Shown here: in pieces, positions 29,712 to 39,538 of the stretch
How the letters are laid out: the number at the start of each line of letters is the position of its first letter
How positions within the stretch are numbered: position 1 is the first letter of the stretch
Assembly: GCA_964622255.1 (NCBI GenBank)
Contig: CAZUPK010000012.1
Coordinates: 279 to 64,278, forward strand
Direction of reading: 5' to 3'
DNA: 64,000 bases
From: an uncultured Campylobacterales bacterium
Lineage (GTDB): Bacteria; Campylobacterota; Campylobacteria; Campylobacterales; QNZT01
Notes under the pieces: generated by a model
Told to the model about the DNA's origin: nothing
The model's database searches: none
The model's input: the letters and a program-made list of their open reading frames with translations, nothing else
Program-made: the position numbers and the translations under genes

Positions 29712-31046
29712 ATGACACAAGAAGAGTTAAAATCTATCGCAAATTATCTTAAACAGTATAAGAAGATAGACAATGTTTTTAGAGTTGATGATACTGTTAT
29801 AAAGATGACTTTTTCAAAAGAAAAATATATCTTCTTTGATATGAAAAGGGGAAATAGTTATATTTTTATCAAAGATGATTATAAGGTTCAAAAACACTAT
29901 ATGGCACCTTTTGACATAGTTTTACAAAAAAGATTTTCAAATGCCATCATCTTAGATATTTATGTTGAAAATGGAAACAGGATATTTAAATTTGAATGTA
30001 TAAAAAACTCAGGATATAAAATAGATAAAACTATCTTGCAACTTGAATTTACAGGAAGAAATACAAATGCCATCATCTTAGATGAAAACGAAGTTATCTT
30101 AGAAGCTCTAAGACATATCGATATATCAACATCTTTTAGAGAGATAAAAGTAGGTGTAAAACTTAAACCTCTCCCAAAAAGAGAGTTTAAAGCCAAAGCA
30201 TTTGAAATAAAAGATGATATAGAGAACTTTTTAAAAGAAAAATATAAAAATAAAGAAGAGGTAAAACTAAAAGCTCTTAAAAATCAAAAGATAAATACTT
30301 TAGAAAAAAAAATAGAGAAATTGGAGAGTGCTTTGAAAACCATCCCTAAAAAGGAAGAGCTTAAAAGGCAAATGCAAAAGCTCTATCACTATGCAAATAT
30401 CATTACAGCAAATATCCACAAACTAAAAAACTATGAAAAAGAGTTTAGAGTAAAAGATTTTGATGGCAATGATATTGTTATAAAACTCCCAAAAAAGGCT
30501 AAAACTCCTTCACATGCTAGTAATTTACTCTTTCGTCAGGCAAAGAAGTTAAAACAGAAAATAGCACACTCTCATATAGAAAAAGAGAACTTGGAAAACA
30601 AGATAGAGTTTTATAAAAATATGCAAAAACTAGTAAAAAATGCAAAAAGCAGTGATGAGTTAAACCTCTACTTTCCTAAACAAACAAAACAACAAAAGAA
30701 AAAAAAACAAGACTCTAACATAGAAAACTTTTTTTATAAAAACTATAAAATTAGCATCGGTAAAAATCAAAAAGGTAACTTAACACTCCTAAAAGAAGCT
30801 AAACAGAGTGATTTTTGGATGCATATAAAAGATATACCTTCCAGCCATGTTATAATACGAAGTGATAAAAAGAACTTACCAAAAGATGTGATTGCTTTTG
30901 GTGCAAAACTATGTGTAGAACTAAGTAAAGTAAGCAGAGGTAATTATTTGGTTGATTTTACACAAAGAAGAAATGTAAAGGTGAGAGAGGGTGCAAATGT
31001 AAACTATGTCAATTATGATACAATAGGAGTAATCAAGAAAAAGTAG
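29712..31046 (+). CDS. NFACT-family (FbpA / RqcH-like) RNA-binding protein, short form
   Basis: NFACT-N-like N-terminus, a central Lys-rich coiled coil and a C-terminal NFACT-R/DUF814 block DFWMHIKDIPSSHVIIRSDKKNLPKDVIAFGAKLCVELSK. Confidence 0.7.
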   Translation: MTQEELKSIANYLKQYKKIDNVFRVDDTVIKMTFSKEKYIFFDMKRGNSYIFIKDDYKVQKHYMAPFDIVLQKRFSNAIILDIYVENGNRIFKFECIKNSGYKIDKTILQLEFTGRNTNAIILDENEVILEALRHIDISTSFREIKVGVKLKPLPKREFKAKAFEIKDDIENFLKEKYKNKEEVKLKALKNQKINTLEKKIEKLESALKTIPKKEELKRQMQKLYHYANIITANIHKLKNYEKEFRVKDFDGNDIVIKLPKKAKTPSHASNLLFRQAKKLKQKIAHSHIEKENLENKIEFYKNMQKLVKNAKSSDELNLYFPKQTKQQKKKKQDSNIENFFYKNYKISIGKNQKGNLTLLKEAKQSDFWMHIKDIPSSHVIIRSDKKNLPKDVIAFGAKLCVELSKVSRGNYLVDFTQRRNVKVREGANVNYVNYDTIGVIKKK

Positions 31047-31229
31047 CTACCAAAGAAACAAGAAAACTAAAAAAATGCTAATATAAATCCATACCAAAAA
31101 CACAACTGCTAACAAAGAAGAGGGACAGGAAAGTTGAAAAAAAAGAGTGAGAGAAAAAGGTATTGTAAATCTAGCCAAAAAATAGTTTTAAAAAATATAA
31201 AAATAACAGTTCACCTCATACCTTAGATA

Positions 31230-32423
31230 TCAAAGTTTAGCTACCAACTCTTTAAACTGCTCTCCCCTATCTGCATAGGATTTAAACTGGTCGAAACTTG
31301 CAGCTGACGGAGATAGAAGTGCTACTTGTCCCTCTTTTGCAAATACTTTAGAGATATTTTCTACTGCTGTTTTTAAGTTACCATTTGCCTGAGATTTTAC
31401 ACCATATCTCTTTGCTAAATCTAAAAGTTTATTTTCATTTGCACCAATAGTAAAAACAGTTATATTTTTATCCTTTAAACTTTTAAAAAGAGGCTCTAAA
31501 TTTGCTCCCTTATCATCTCCACCAAGTATCAGGAAAATCTCTTTTCCCTCAAATGCATTTACAGCGGCTAAAGTTGCATCTAAGTTAGTTGCTTTTGAGT
31601 CATTTATCCAAAGTCTATTTTTGCTATCACATATCTTTTCCATTCTATGCTTACCAACTATAAAAGAGTTTATCTTTTCATAATCAACATCATCATAAAG
31701 TATCCTTGTAACAGCTAAAGCCAAAAGGGCATCTGTTAAAAAGGGTTCACTAAAGTTTATCTTTTTTATATCTATATCAAACTCCTTTGCCAAATCTTTC
31801 ACACTATCATATCCTATCAAGTAACCATTTGTTTTGACATCGAGATACTTTTTAGGAACGATAGCTATCTCTCCCTCATAAAGAGTTTTTATAGGCTTTA
31901 GTTTTGCTTTTTCATATTTGCTAAAAGTTCCGTGCCAAGATGTATGATCATCGCTTATAGGAAGTAAAACATATAGATTTGGCTTTGCTCTTTTTGTGTA
32001 GTGAAGAGTAAAAGAGCTAGTTTCAAGCACCCAAATTGGAGCTTTTTCATCAAGTTTTGCTAAAGGAATCCCTATATTTCCTCCTACAACTGCTCCTCTT
32101 TTTTTAAGTAAAAAACCTATCATAGCTGTTGTTGTCGTTTTTCCATTTGTTCCTCTTATCCAAATGCTATAAGGCATACTTTTGGCAAAAAGATCATACT
32201 CACTTATGAGATTTTTTGCCCTTTTTATCAAAGGATTTGATGGTGGAATACCGGGACTTGTAACTTCAAGTTCACTTTTGTCTGGATCAAACATATCTGC
32301 TTGTATAAATTCATTGCCATTTTTATCAAATGCAACTCCGCTAAAACTATCATCATAAACTTTACAGTTTCCAAATCTCTCAACTATCGCTTTTGTTGTT
32401 GTTCCATATCCAAAAATAGTCAT
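31230..32423 (-). CDS. murD: UDP-N-acetylmuramoylalanine--D-glutamate ligase
   Basis: Mur ligase P-loop GTNGKTTT and the DSKATN motif. Follows mraY. Confidence 0.9.
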   Translation of the reverse strand: MTIFGYGTTTKAIVERFGNCKVYDDSFSGVAFDKNGNEFIQADMFDPDKSELEVTSPGIPPSNPLIKRAKNLISEYDLFAKSMPYSIWIRGTNGKTTTTAMIGFLLKKRGAVVGGNIGIPLAKLDEKAPIWVLETSSFTLHYTKRAKPNLYVLLPISDDHTSWHGTFSKYEKAKLKPIKTLYEGEIAIVPKKYLDVKTNGYLIGYDSVKDLAKEFDIDIKKINFSEPFLTDALLALAVTRILYDDVDYEKINSFIVGKHRMEKICDSKNRLWINDSKATNLDATLAAVNAFEGKEIFLILGGDDKGANLEPLFKSLKDKNITVFTIGANENKLLDLAKRYGVKSQANGNLKTAVENISKVFAKEGQVALLSPSAASFDQFKSYADRGEQFKELVAKL

Positions 32424-32426
32424 CTT

Positions 32427-33487
32427 TTATCTCAATTTCAGTGTTATTAGTGCCAATATATTTGATATAGCAGCCATTATCCAAAATCTTACTATTACCT
32501 TATTTTCTGCCCAACCTTTTATCTCAAAGTGATGATGTATGGGAGCCATCATAAAAACCCTCTTTTTCTAGTTTTATAACTTCCAACTTGAAGTATAACT
32601 GAAACTGTCTCCATAACAAAAACAAAACCTACTAAGACCAGTAATAATTCATTTTTAGTAACTATCGCTATATATGCTATAAATCCTCCAAGAGCTAAAC
32701 TTCCACTATCTCCCATAAAAATCTCCGCCGGATGAGCATTGAACCATAAAAAACCTACAAGAGATCCAAGAAGGGCTGAACCAACTATAACAACTTCACC
32801 TACACCATTAACATGCGGTAAAAGAAGATATTTGCTTATTACGGCATTACCAATAGCATAAGCAAAAACTCCAAGTGTCATAATAGAAAATATTGATGGC
32901 ACTGTTGCAAGTCCATCAAGTCCGTCAGTAAGATTGACAGCATTTGATGTAGCAACAAAGATAAATAACCAAAAAATTACCGCAAAAATATGCATATCAC
33001 AGAGTGAAAACTTATACATAGGGATATAAAAACTAGTCGGAAAATTATTAAAATACAAAAACAGTCCTACTATGATACCAGCTCCTATTTGTAGAACCAT
33101 TTTCCCCCTTGAAGTGAGTCCTGACTGATTATCATTGTTTGATATCTTATCATAGTCATCTTTTACACCTATTGCCATAAAAAGTATAAGAGTTATAATA
33201 GCTCCTATAGCATAAATAGCATCATATCTCATAGTTATGAGAGATGCAAAGACAGTTATAAAGATAAATACAACTCCACCCATAGTCGGAGTAGTGCTTT
33301 TTTTTCTATGAGTATCTGGTGCCAACTCATATATGGGTTGGTTTGCCTCTCTTTTTTTTAGATACTCTATAAACTTTGGTAAAAAATAAAGAGTCAGTAT
33401 AAAACTCATAAAAAAAGCTATACCCGCTCTAAAAGTGATATATTGAAAGAGATTAATATGAAACAACTCATATAAATAATACAACAT
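32427..33487 (-). CDS. mraY: phospho-N-acetylmuramoyl-pentapeptide transferase MraY, interrupted by a 1-nt frameshift in a homopolymer (T5 at 32563-32567)
   Basis: The ORF 32549-33487 ends ...[16 protein letters not shown]. The conserved C-terminus [41 protein letters not shown] is read in another frame at 32427-32552. Adding one A to the minus-strand run agAAAAAgagg gives ...[20 protein letters not shown]... and a 353-aa protein. Confidence 0.85.
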
Positions 33488-33570
33488 TTGATTTCCTAAA
33501 GTAGCTTTGTTATAATGCTTTTGACATTAACATTAATTATACATAAAAAAACTTTAATGAGGTAAATAGT

Positions 33571-35043
33571 TTGAGAAAAAAAGTTATTTTGATTATCACT
33601 GATGGTATAGGTTATAGAGAGATCTGTGAAGACAATGCATTTTGCAAAGCAGAAAAACCAACTTATGACTATTTGTTACAAAATGTTCCATATTCACTTA
33701 TAAAAACTTCAGGACTTAGTGTTGGACTTCCCGACGGACAGATGGGAAATAGTGAAGTAGGACATATGACTATAGGAGCAGGTAGAATTTTATACCAAAA
33801 CTTAGTAAAGATAAGTAAGTCTATAGAGGATGGAACGATAAAAGAAAACCCTATTTTAAAAGATGTTTTAACTTCAAATCGTATCCACATAGTTGGACTT
33901 TTAAGTGATGGTGGAGTTCACTCACATATAGATCACATCGTAGCTTTAGCAAAAATAGCAAAAGAGCAAAACAAAGAGGTTTTTTTACATCTCATAACTG
34001 ATGGTAGAGATGTTCCGCCAAAATCAGCTTTAACATATCTTAAAAATATAGAAAAAGAGTTACCCGATGTTATTACAGCAACTATCGGTGGAAGATACTA
34101 CACTATGGATAGAGATAAGAGATGGGATAGGGTAAAAAAGGGTTATGAAGCTATAGCAAATGCCTTTCCAAAAAGTCAAAAAACTCCAAAAGAGTATATA
34201 AAAGATGAATATAATTGCGATAGAACGGATGAGTTTTTACTTCCAAGTTCATTTAATGGATATGATGGATTAAAAAGTGGTGATGGAGTGATATTTGCAA
34301 ACTTTAGAAGCGATAGGATGAGAGAAATAGTTGAAGCTATAACAAATCCTAACTTTACTAACTTTGAAACAAAAAATCTAAACTTAAATGTTGCAACTAT
34401 GACAGAGTATAGTAAAGAGTTTACACTCCCTATACTTTTTAAAGAGGAACTTCCAAAAAATGTCTTAGCATCTATCATAAGTAAAGCTGGACTTAGACAG
34501 TTTCATACTGCAGAAACTGAAAAATATGCTCATATAACTTTCTTTTTAAATGGAGGAGTTGAAGAACCATTTATAAATGAAACTAGAGTTTTGATACCAT
34601 CTCCGGATGTAAAAACTTATGATTTACAGCCCCAAATGTCAGCTCCAAAGGTTGGAGAAACTGTTTTAAAAGCTATAAGTGGAGGTTATGAGTTTATAGT
34701 AGTAAACTTTGCAAATGGCGATATGGTAGGACACACAGGAAGTTTAGAGGCAAGTATAAAAGCAGTTGAAACAGTTGATAAACAGATAGGAAAGATCATA
34801 GAAAAAGCAAGGAGTGAAGACTACTCCATAGTTTTAACAAGTGATCACGGAAACTGTGAACAAATGCTAAGTGATGATAAAAGAAAACCTTTTACCCAGC
34901 ATACAACAAATGATGTTTTTTGTTTCGTTATAGATGATGAAGTAAAAGAGGTAAAAAGAGGAGGACTTTACAATATAGCTCCTACAGTTTTAAAACTGAT
35001 GGGACTTGAAAAAACAAAAGAGATGGAAGAAGCTTTGATATGA
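33571..35043 (+). CDS. gpmI: 2,3-bisphosphoglycerate-independent phosphoglycerate mutase
   Basis: ILIITDGIG, GNSEVGHMTIGAGR, GGVHSH, DGRD and GDMVGHTG...TSDHGN motifs. TTG start with a GAGGT Shine-Dalgarno. Confidence 0.9.
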   Translation: MRKKVILIITDGIGYREICEDNAFCKAEKPTYDYLLQNVPYSLIKTSGLSVGLPDGQMGNSEVGHMTIGAGRILYQNLVKISKSIEDGTIKENPILKDVLTSNRIHIVGLLSDGGVHSHIDHIVALAKIAKEQNKEVFLHLITDGRDVPPKSALTYLKNIEKELPDVITATIGGRYYTMDRDKRWDRVKKGYEAIANAFPKSQKTPKEYIKDEYNCDRTDEFLLPSSFNGYDGLKSGDGVIFANFRSDRMREIVEAITNPNFTNFETKNLNLNVATMTEYSKEFTLPILFKEELPKNVLASIISKAGLRQFHTAETEKYAHITFFLNGGVEEPFINETRVLIPSPDVKTYDLQPQMSAPKVGETVLKAISGGYEFIVVNFANGDMVGHTGSLEASIKAVETVDKQIGKIIEKARSEDYSIVLTSDHGNCEQMLSDDKRKPFTQHTTNDVFCFVIDDEVKEVKRGGLYNIAPTVLKLMGLEKTKEMEEALI

Positions 35044-36479
35044 AAAAGTTACTTCTACAACTGAGTTTTTTTTCACTTTTATATGCAAATGTTATAAATA
35101 GTTCCATAGATATAAGCTATGATGAACTTACTCTTCCAAAAGGTGAAAAACTTGGTTTAGTAGGAACAAGTTATCTTTTTGATATAAATAAAAACTTTTA
35201 TTTTGGTGGTAGTGTTTATAGTGCCGTTTATGGTAAAAGGGGTGGATTTTTTACAGGTGGATTAACTGCTGGTATAAAATATCCTTTAAGTAAAAATATT
35301 TCTCTTGAGAGTTCACTTTTTTGTGGTGGTGGAGGCGGTGGTTCTGCTCCTCAAGGCGGTGGGCTTATGCTTAGAGAATTTGGTGGTTTGATTTATGACT
35401 TTAAAGATTTTAAAGCTGGTTTAGGAGCTTCAAAAATAAAGTTTCCAAATGGAGATATAGACTCAAATCAAATATCATTTTTGATAAAGATACCATCAAA
35501 AGAGTTATACTTTTTACAAACTCCAAGAAGCTATAATTTTCCATCAAAAAATAAAGAATTTAAACTACAACTTCAAAAGTATCACCCTAAAAACAAAACT
35601 ACTCTATCAGGTGCAAAAACTGAAGATATAGGCATAATTGGTATGGAAATAGATAGTCAGCTAGATAAAAATATCTACTCTATTTTTCAAGCAGGTGGGG
35701 CATTTGATGGTGGTGCTGATGGTTATGCTGAAATTTTTTTTGGAACACTTTATAAAAAGCAACTTATAGATACTCTTTTGCTAAATCTTAAAGCAATGCT
35801 TGGTGGAGCCGGTGGTGGTAGAGTAGCAACTGGTGGTGGAAGTATGTATAAAGTAGAAAGTGAACTATCTTATAGCTATCATAATCTATCTTTAAACATC
35901 GGTTATGGATACATAGATAGTTTTGATGGAAAATTCAAAGCTGATTTTATATCTACCTCGCTTGGTTATAACATAGAGTTTGCATCACTTTTGGATGAAA
36001 CTAAAAGCTATCATAATTATAAAGATTATAAAGCAAAAGAGTGGGGTATATCTTTTTTAACTCAAAGATACAAATCAAACAAGAATATGAGAAAAACTTA
36101 TCTTGATGAGGATATAGATTTATTGGGTATTAAGGTAGATAGGAAAATAAATAAAAACTTTTATTTGAGTGCAACTGCTCTTAGTGCTTATAGGGGGAGT
36201 GCCGGTGGTTATGCTGTAGGTTTAGTTGGTGCAGGTTATATCTATAATATAGATGAACTTTACATTGGTGCTGAGTTACAAGTTGGTGCTGGTGGAGGTG
36301 GTGGAGTTGCCACAGGAGATGCTCTCATAACTCAACCGGAAATTAGTTTAGGATACAAAATAAACAATAACTTATCAACAGAGTTCAAACTAGCAAAAGT
36401 AAAAGCAAACAATGGCACACTAAATACTAATGTATATAGTTTTGGAGTGCGGTATAAGTTATATTTCTTAGAAAGATAG
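35040..36479 (+). CDS. hypothetical glycine-rich, three-fold internally repeated putative outer-membrane beta-barrel protein
   Basis: Signal peptide MKKLLLQLSFFSLLYA. Three ~130-150 aa modules, each with KN(F/I)Y...GGY/GGF... and a Gly run (GGGGGGSAPQGGG; GGAGGGRVATGGGS; GAGGGGGVATGD). Alternating-residue strands. Aromatic C-terminal strand VRYKLYF. The start overlaps the gpmI stop (ATGA). Confidence 0.5.
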   Translation: MKKLLLQLSFFSLLYANVINSSIDISYDELTLPKGEKLGLVGTSYLFDINKNFYFGGSVYSAVYGKRGGFFTGGLTAGIKYPLSKNISLESSLFCGGGGGGSAPQGGGLMLREFGGLIYDFKDFKAGLGASKIKFPNGDIDSNQISFLIKIPSKELYFLQTPRSYNFPSKNKEFKLQLQKYHPKNKTTLSGAKTEDIGIIGMEIDSQLDKNIYSIFQAGGAFDGGADGYAEIFFGTLYKKQLIDTLLLNLKAMLGGAGGGRVATGGGSMYKVESELSYSYHNLSLNIGYGYIDSFDGKFKADFISTSLGYNIEFASLLDETKSYHNYKDYKAKEWGISFLTQRYKSNKNMRKTYLDEDIDLLGIKVDRKINKNFYLSATALSAYRGSAGGYAVGLVGAGYIYNIDELYIGAELQVGAGGGGGVATGDALITQPEISLGYKINNNLSTEFKLAKVKANNGTLNTNVYSFGVRYKLYFLER

Positions 36480-36551
36480 TGTTTTTAAGCAAAGTTTTAT
36501 GAAAAATTGGATAGCATCGCTCACTAAAAATTCACACAGAGGTTAGGAACT

Positions 36552-36827
36552 ATGGCAAATCATAAGTCAGCTTTAAAAAGAGTAAGACAGACTATAAAAA
36601 GAACTGAAAGAAATAGATTTTACAGAACTAGGATAAAAAATATCACTAGAGCTGTTAGAGAGGCAGTGGAAGCTGGTGATAAAGAAAAAGCTACAGAAGT
36701 TTTAAAACTTGCTAACAAAAACTTCCACTCTTATGTAAATAAAGGTGTTTTAAAGAAAAATACTGCCTCAAGAAAAGTTAGCAGACTAGCTAAACTTGTA
36801 AATACTATGGATAACAAAGCTGCTTAA
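36552..36827 (+). CDS. rpsT: 30S ribosomal protein S20
   Basis: [22 protein letters not shown] is the canonical S20 N-terminus. Confidence 0.9.
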   Translation: MANHKSALKRVRQTIKRTERNRFYRTRIKNITRAVREAVEAGDKEKATEVLKLANKNFHSYVNKGVLKKNTASRKVSRLAKLVNTMDNKAA

Positions 36828-36845
36828 GCAGTTTTGTTACTAACA

Positions 36846-36872
36846 ACTTTTAAAACTTTTAAAACTTTTAAA
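36846..36872 (+). repeat. 9-bp tandem repeat (ACTTTTAAA)x3 upstream of prfA
   Basis: Three perfect copies at 36846-36872, followed by the hairpin ggaaa-ctt-tttcc (36873-36885) that abuts the prfA ATG (36887). Confidence 0.7.
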
Positions 36873-36886
36873 GGAAACTTTTTCCA

Positions 36887-37954
36887 ATGCTTTTAGATAA
36901 ACTTCAACCCTTTATAAATAGATATGATGAGATATCAAATCTGCTTTCATCTGTAGATGTAGTAAACAATATAAAAAAGATGACTGAACTCTCCAAAGAG
37001 CAGTCAAATCTTGAATCAATAGTGAATACTGCAAAAGAGTATATGAAAGTTTGTGAAAATATCGAAGAAAATAAGATACTTTTAGAGGATAAAGAGCTTG
37101 GAGAGTTGGCAAAAGAGGAGCTTAAAGAGTTAGAGCCAAGAAAAGTAGAGCTTGAAGAAGAGATAAAGCTCCTCCTGCTTCCAAAAGATCCAAATGATGA
37201 AAGAAATATCTATCTTGAGATGAGAGCTGGAACTGGTGGTGATGAAGCTGCTATATTTGTGGGAGACCTGTTTAAAGCTTATACAAGATATGCTGACAAT
37301 AAGGGCTGGAAAGTTGAGATAGTAAACTCAAGTGAAGGAAGTGTTGAGGGATATAAAGAACTTATACTACTTATAAAGGGTGAAGGTGTTTACTCGAAAC
37401 TAAAGTATGAAGGAGGAACTCACAGAGTTCAAAGAGTTCCATCAACCGAATCACAAGGAAGAGTTCATACAAGTGCTATAACAGTTGCGGTTATGCCTGA
37501 AGTTGATGATGTTGAGATAGAGATAAATCCAAACGACCTAAAGATAGATGTTATGAGAAGTAGTGGTTGTGGTGGACAAAGTGTAAATACAACTGATAGT
37601 GCAGTTAGAATCACTCACATACCAACAGGGATAGTAGTAACAAATCAGGACCAAAAATCTCAACATAAAAACAAAGATAAAGCTATGAAAGTTCTAAAAG
37701 CTAGACTTTATGACCTTAAAATGCAAAAGAAAAAAGAAGAAGAGGGTGCAAACAGAAAAGAACAAGTTGGAACCGGTGATAGAAGTGGTAGGATAAGAAC
37801 TTACAACTACCCTCAAAATCGTATAACTGACCACAGAATAGGATTAACTCTGTATAGACTTGATGCTATTATGGAGGGTGGACTCTTTGATGAAATAATA
37901 GATCCACTTATCGCCCATAATCAAGCAGAACTTATGAAAGAGGCTGGATTTTAA
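36887..37954 (+). CDS. prfA: peptide chain release factor 1
   Basis: GGQ motif ([11 protein letters not shown]) and RF1-type tripeptide PST (RVPSTES). No internal frameshift site. Confidence 0.95.
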   Translation: MLLDKLQPFINRYDEISNLLSSVDVVNNIKKMTELSKEQSNLESIVNTAKEYMKVCENIEENKILLEDKELGELAKEELKELEPRKVELEEEIKLLLLPKDPNDERNIYLEMRAGTGGDEAAIFVGDLFKAYTRYADNKGWKVEIVNSSEGSVEGYKELILLIKGEGVYSKLKYEGGTHRVQRVPSTESQGRVHTSAITVAVMPEVDDVEIEINPNDLKIDVMRSSGCGGQSVNTTDSAVRITHIPTGIVVTNQDQKSQHKNKDKAMKVLKARLYDLKMQKKKEEEGANRKEQVGTGDRSGRIRTYNYPQNRITDHRIGLTLYRLDAIMEGGLFDEIIDPLIAHNQAELMKEAGF

Positions 37955-38445
37955 TGGTAAGATGGAGAGATACCAAACAAGGGAAGGCTCCAAAAGAAAA
38001 AAAGAAAAAGTCAAAACAACAAAGAAAGGATGAGTTAACTTTTGCTTCCAACATAGAAAAAGCAAAAGCCTTTCTTACAGATACTTTTATGATTATGATG
38101 CCTGTTATGTATATAGTTATATATATATATTTTGGCAATTTAAAAACTGTTGGAGAGCATAAACTTTTAAGTTGGACTATTATTTTAGGAATTGTCGGAG
38201 TAGTAGTTACTCTTTTTTATACTCTTAAAGGACAAACTCCAGGACTTAAAGCATATGAGTTGAAACTTATTGATATACAAACTAAGCAAAAACCCTCTTT
38301 TATACTCTCATTTTTAAGATATATATTTTTTACTATAAACTTTTTTACTCTTGGTGGTTTATTGTATGGATTATTTAGAAAGGATAAAAGAGGTATTCAC
38401 GATTTATTAAGTGGAACAGCTATTGTCAAAGATATTGAACAATAG
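37954..38445 (+). CDS. RDD-family membrane protein
   Basis: Lys-rich N-terminus, three TM helices and a C-terminal RGIHDLLSGTAIV motif typical of RDD proteins. The start overlaps the prfA stop (taATG). Confidence 0.65.
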   Translation: MVRWRDTKQGKAPKEKKKKSKQQRKDELTFASNIEKAKAFLTDTFMIMMPVMYIVIYIYFGNLKTVGEHKLLSWTIILGIVGVVVTLFYTLKGQTPGLKAYELKLIDIQTKQKPSFILSFLRYIFFTINFFTLGGLLYGLFRKDKRGIHDLLSGTAIVKDIEQ

Positions 38446-39538
38446 ATTTTTTCTGATAAGCACCTTTTATTTTTTTTACTTTAGTGCTGTTGGAGTTTAT
38501 GTTATATATCTTCCAAAAATACTTAACAATGTAAGCTACAATCCAACCCAAATAGGTATAGTCTTTTCTATAGCACCACTTGTTAGATTTTTGCTACCCT
38601 TTTTCTTTTTAAAAAAATATGAACTTAATATAAAAGTTTTTAGACTAAGCCTACTCTTTTTACTTCTTTCAGTTCCCCTTCTTTACCTTACTTTGGAAAA
38701 CTTTTATCTTTTTAGTCTCTCCATACTTTTATATGGAGCTACAGCAAGTATCATTCTACCTTTTGTAGATACCTACTCGTTGGAACTTTTATCAAAAGAG
38801 ATTTATGGAAAAACTAGACTTTACGGTTCAGTTGGTTTTATTTTAATCGCACTAGTTTTAGCAAGATATATGCAAAACAATTATGCAGGACTTCATTTTA
38901 TAGCTTTAACTATACTTTTTTGTGTCATAAGTGCCTATCTTTTAACTAAAGATACAAACTTTACAAAAGAGTCAAACAACTCAGGAGAGTTTAAAATCAA
39001 AAAGTATAAAGCTTTATGGATAAGTATCTTTTTAATGCAAGTTAGCTTTGGAGCATTTTATAGTTTCTTCACCATCTATGAAAAAGAAGCAGGACTTAGC
39101 TATGAAACTATAAGCTACCTTTGGACTTTTGGAGTTTTATGTGAGATAACACTCTTTTACTATCAAGCAAAGTTTTTAAAGTGGAATCTTTTAGTTTTAA
39201 TGAAGTTTTCCATCTTTATAACGGCGATAAGATGGCTTATACTCTATTTTTTTACTAACAATATCTTCTTACTATACCTAAGCCAGAGTTTTCATGCTTT
39301 CTCTTTTGCTTTGTATCACACAGTAACCCTGAGCCTTCTTTATAAACTCTATCTTAATAAAAACTTAGCATCACAGTTTTACTATGGTCTGGGATTTGGA
39401 CTTGGGGGATTTTTAGGCTCTATTATTGCCGGATATTTTTATGGAAAGTATCTGTTTTTATTTTCTGCTGTTAGTGCATTTTTAAGTTATCTTGCAATAG
39501 CAAAAAAACACTGGGATTTGATCACATTTATACATTAA
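38411..39538 (+). CDS. MFS transporter (MFS_1-like / HcaT-like family)
   Basis: About 12 predicted TM helices. N-terminal FYFFYFSAVGVY motif. The start is ambiguous: GTG at 38411 or TTG at ~38435, both inside the end of the RDD gene. Confidence 0.6.
   Translation: MEQLLSKILNNRFFLISTFYFFYFSAVGVYVIYLPKILNNVSYNPTQIGIVFSIAPLVRFLLPFFFLKKYELNIKVFRLSLLFLLLSVPLLYLTLENFYLFSLSILLYGATASIILPFVDTYSLELLSKEIYGKTRLYGSVGFILIALVLARYMQNNYAGLHFIALTILFCVISAYLLTKDTNFTKESNNSGEFKIKKYKALWISIFLMQVSFGAFYSFFTIYEKEAGLSYETISYLWTFGVLCEITLFYYQAKFLKWNLLVLMKFSIFITAIRWLILYFFTNNIFLLYLSQSFHAFSFALYHTVTLSLLYKLYLNKNLASQFYYGLGFGLGGFLGSIIAGYFYGKYLFLFSAVSAFLSYLAIAKKHWDLITFIH

Noticed and set aside
32556-32570. Programmed -1 ribosomal frameshift as the explanation for the mraY split
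   Set aside because: The site aga-aaa-aga is not a canonical X_XXY_YYZ heptamer, because the A-site AGA codon cannot re-pair in the -1 frame. I also saw no obvious downstream stimulatory structure. A homopolymer length error or slippage mutation is simpler. The observation is retained as a finding.
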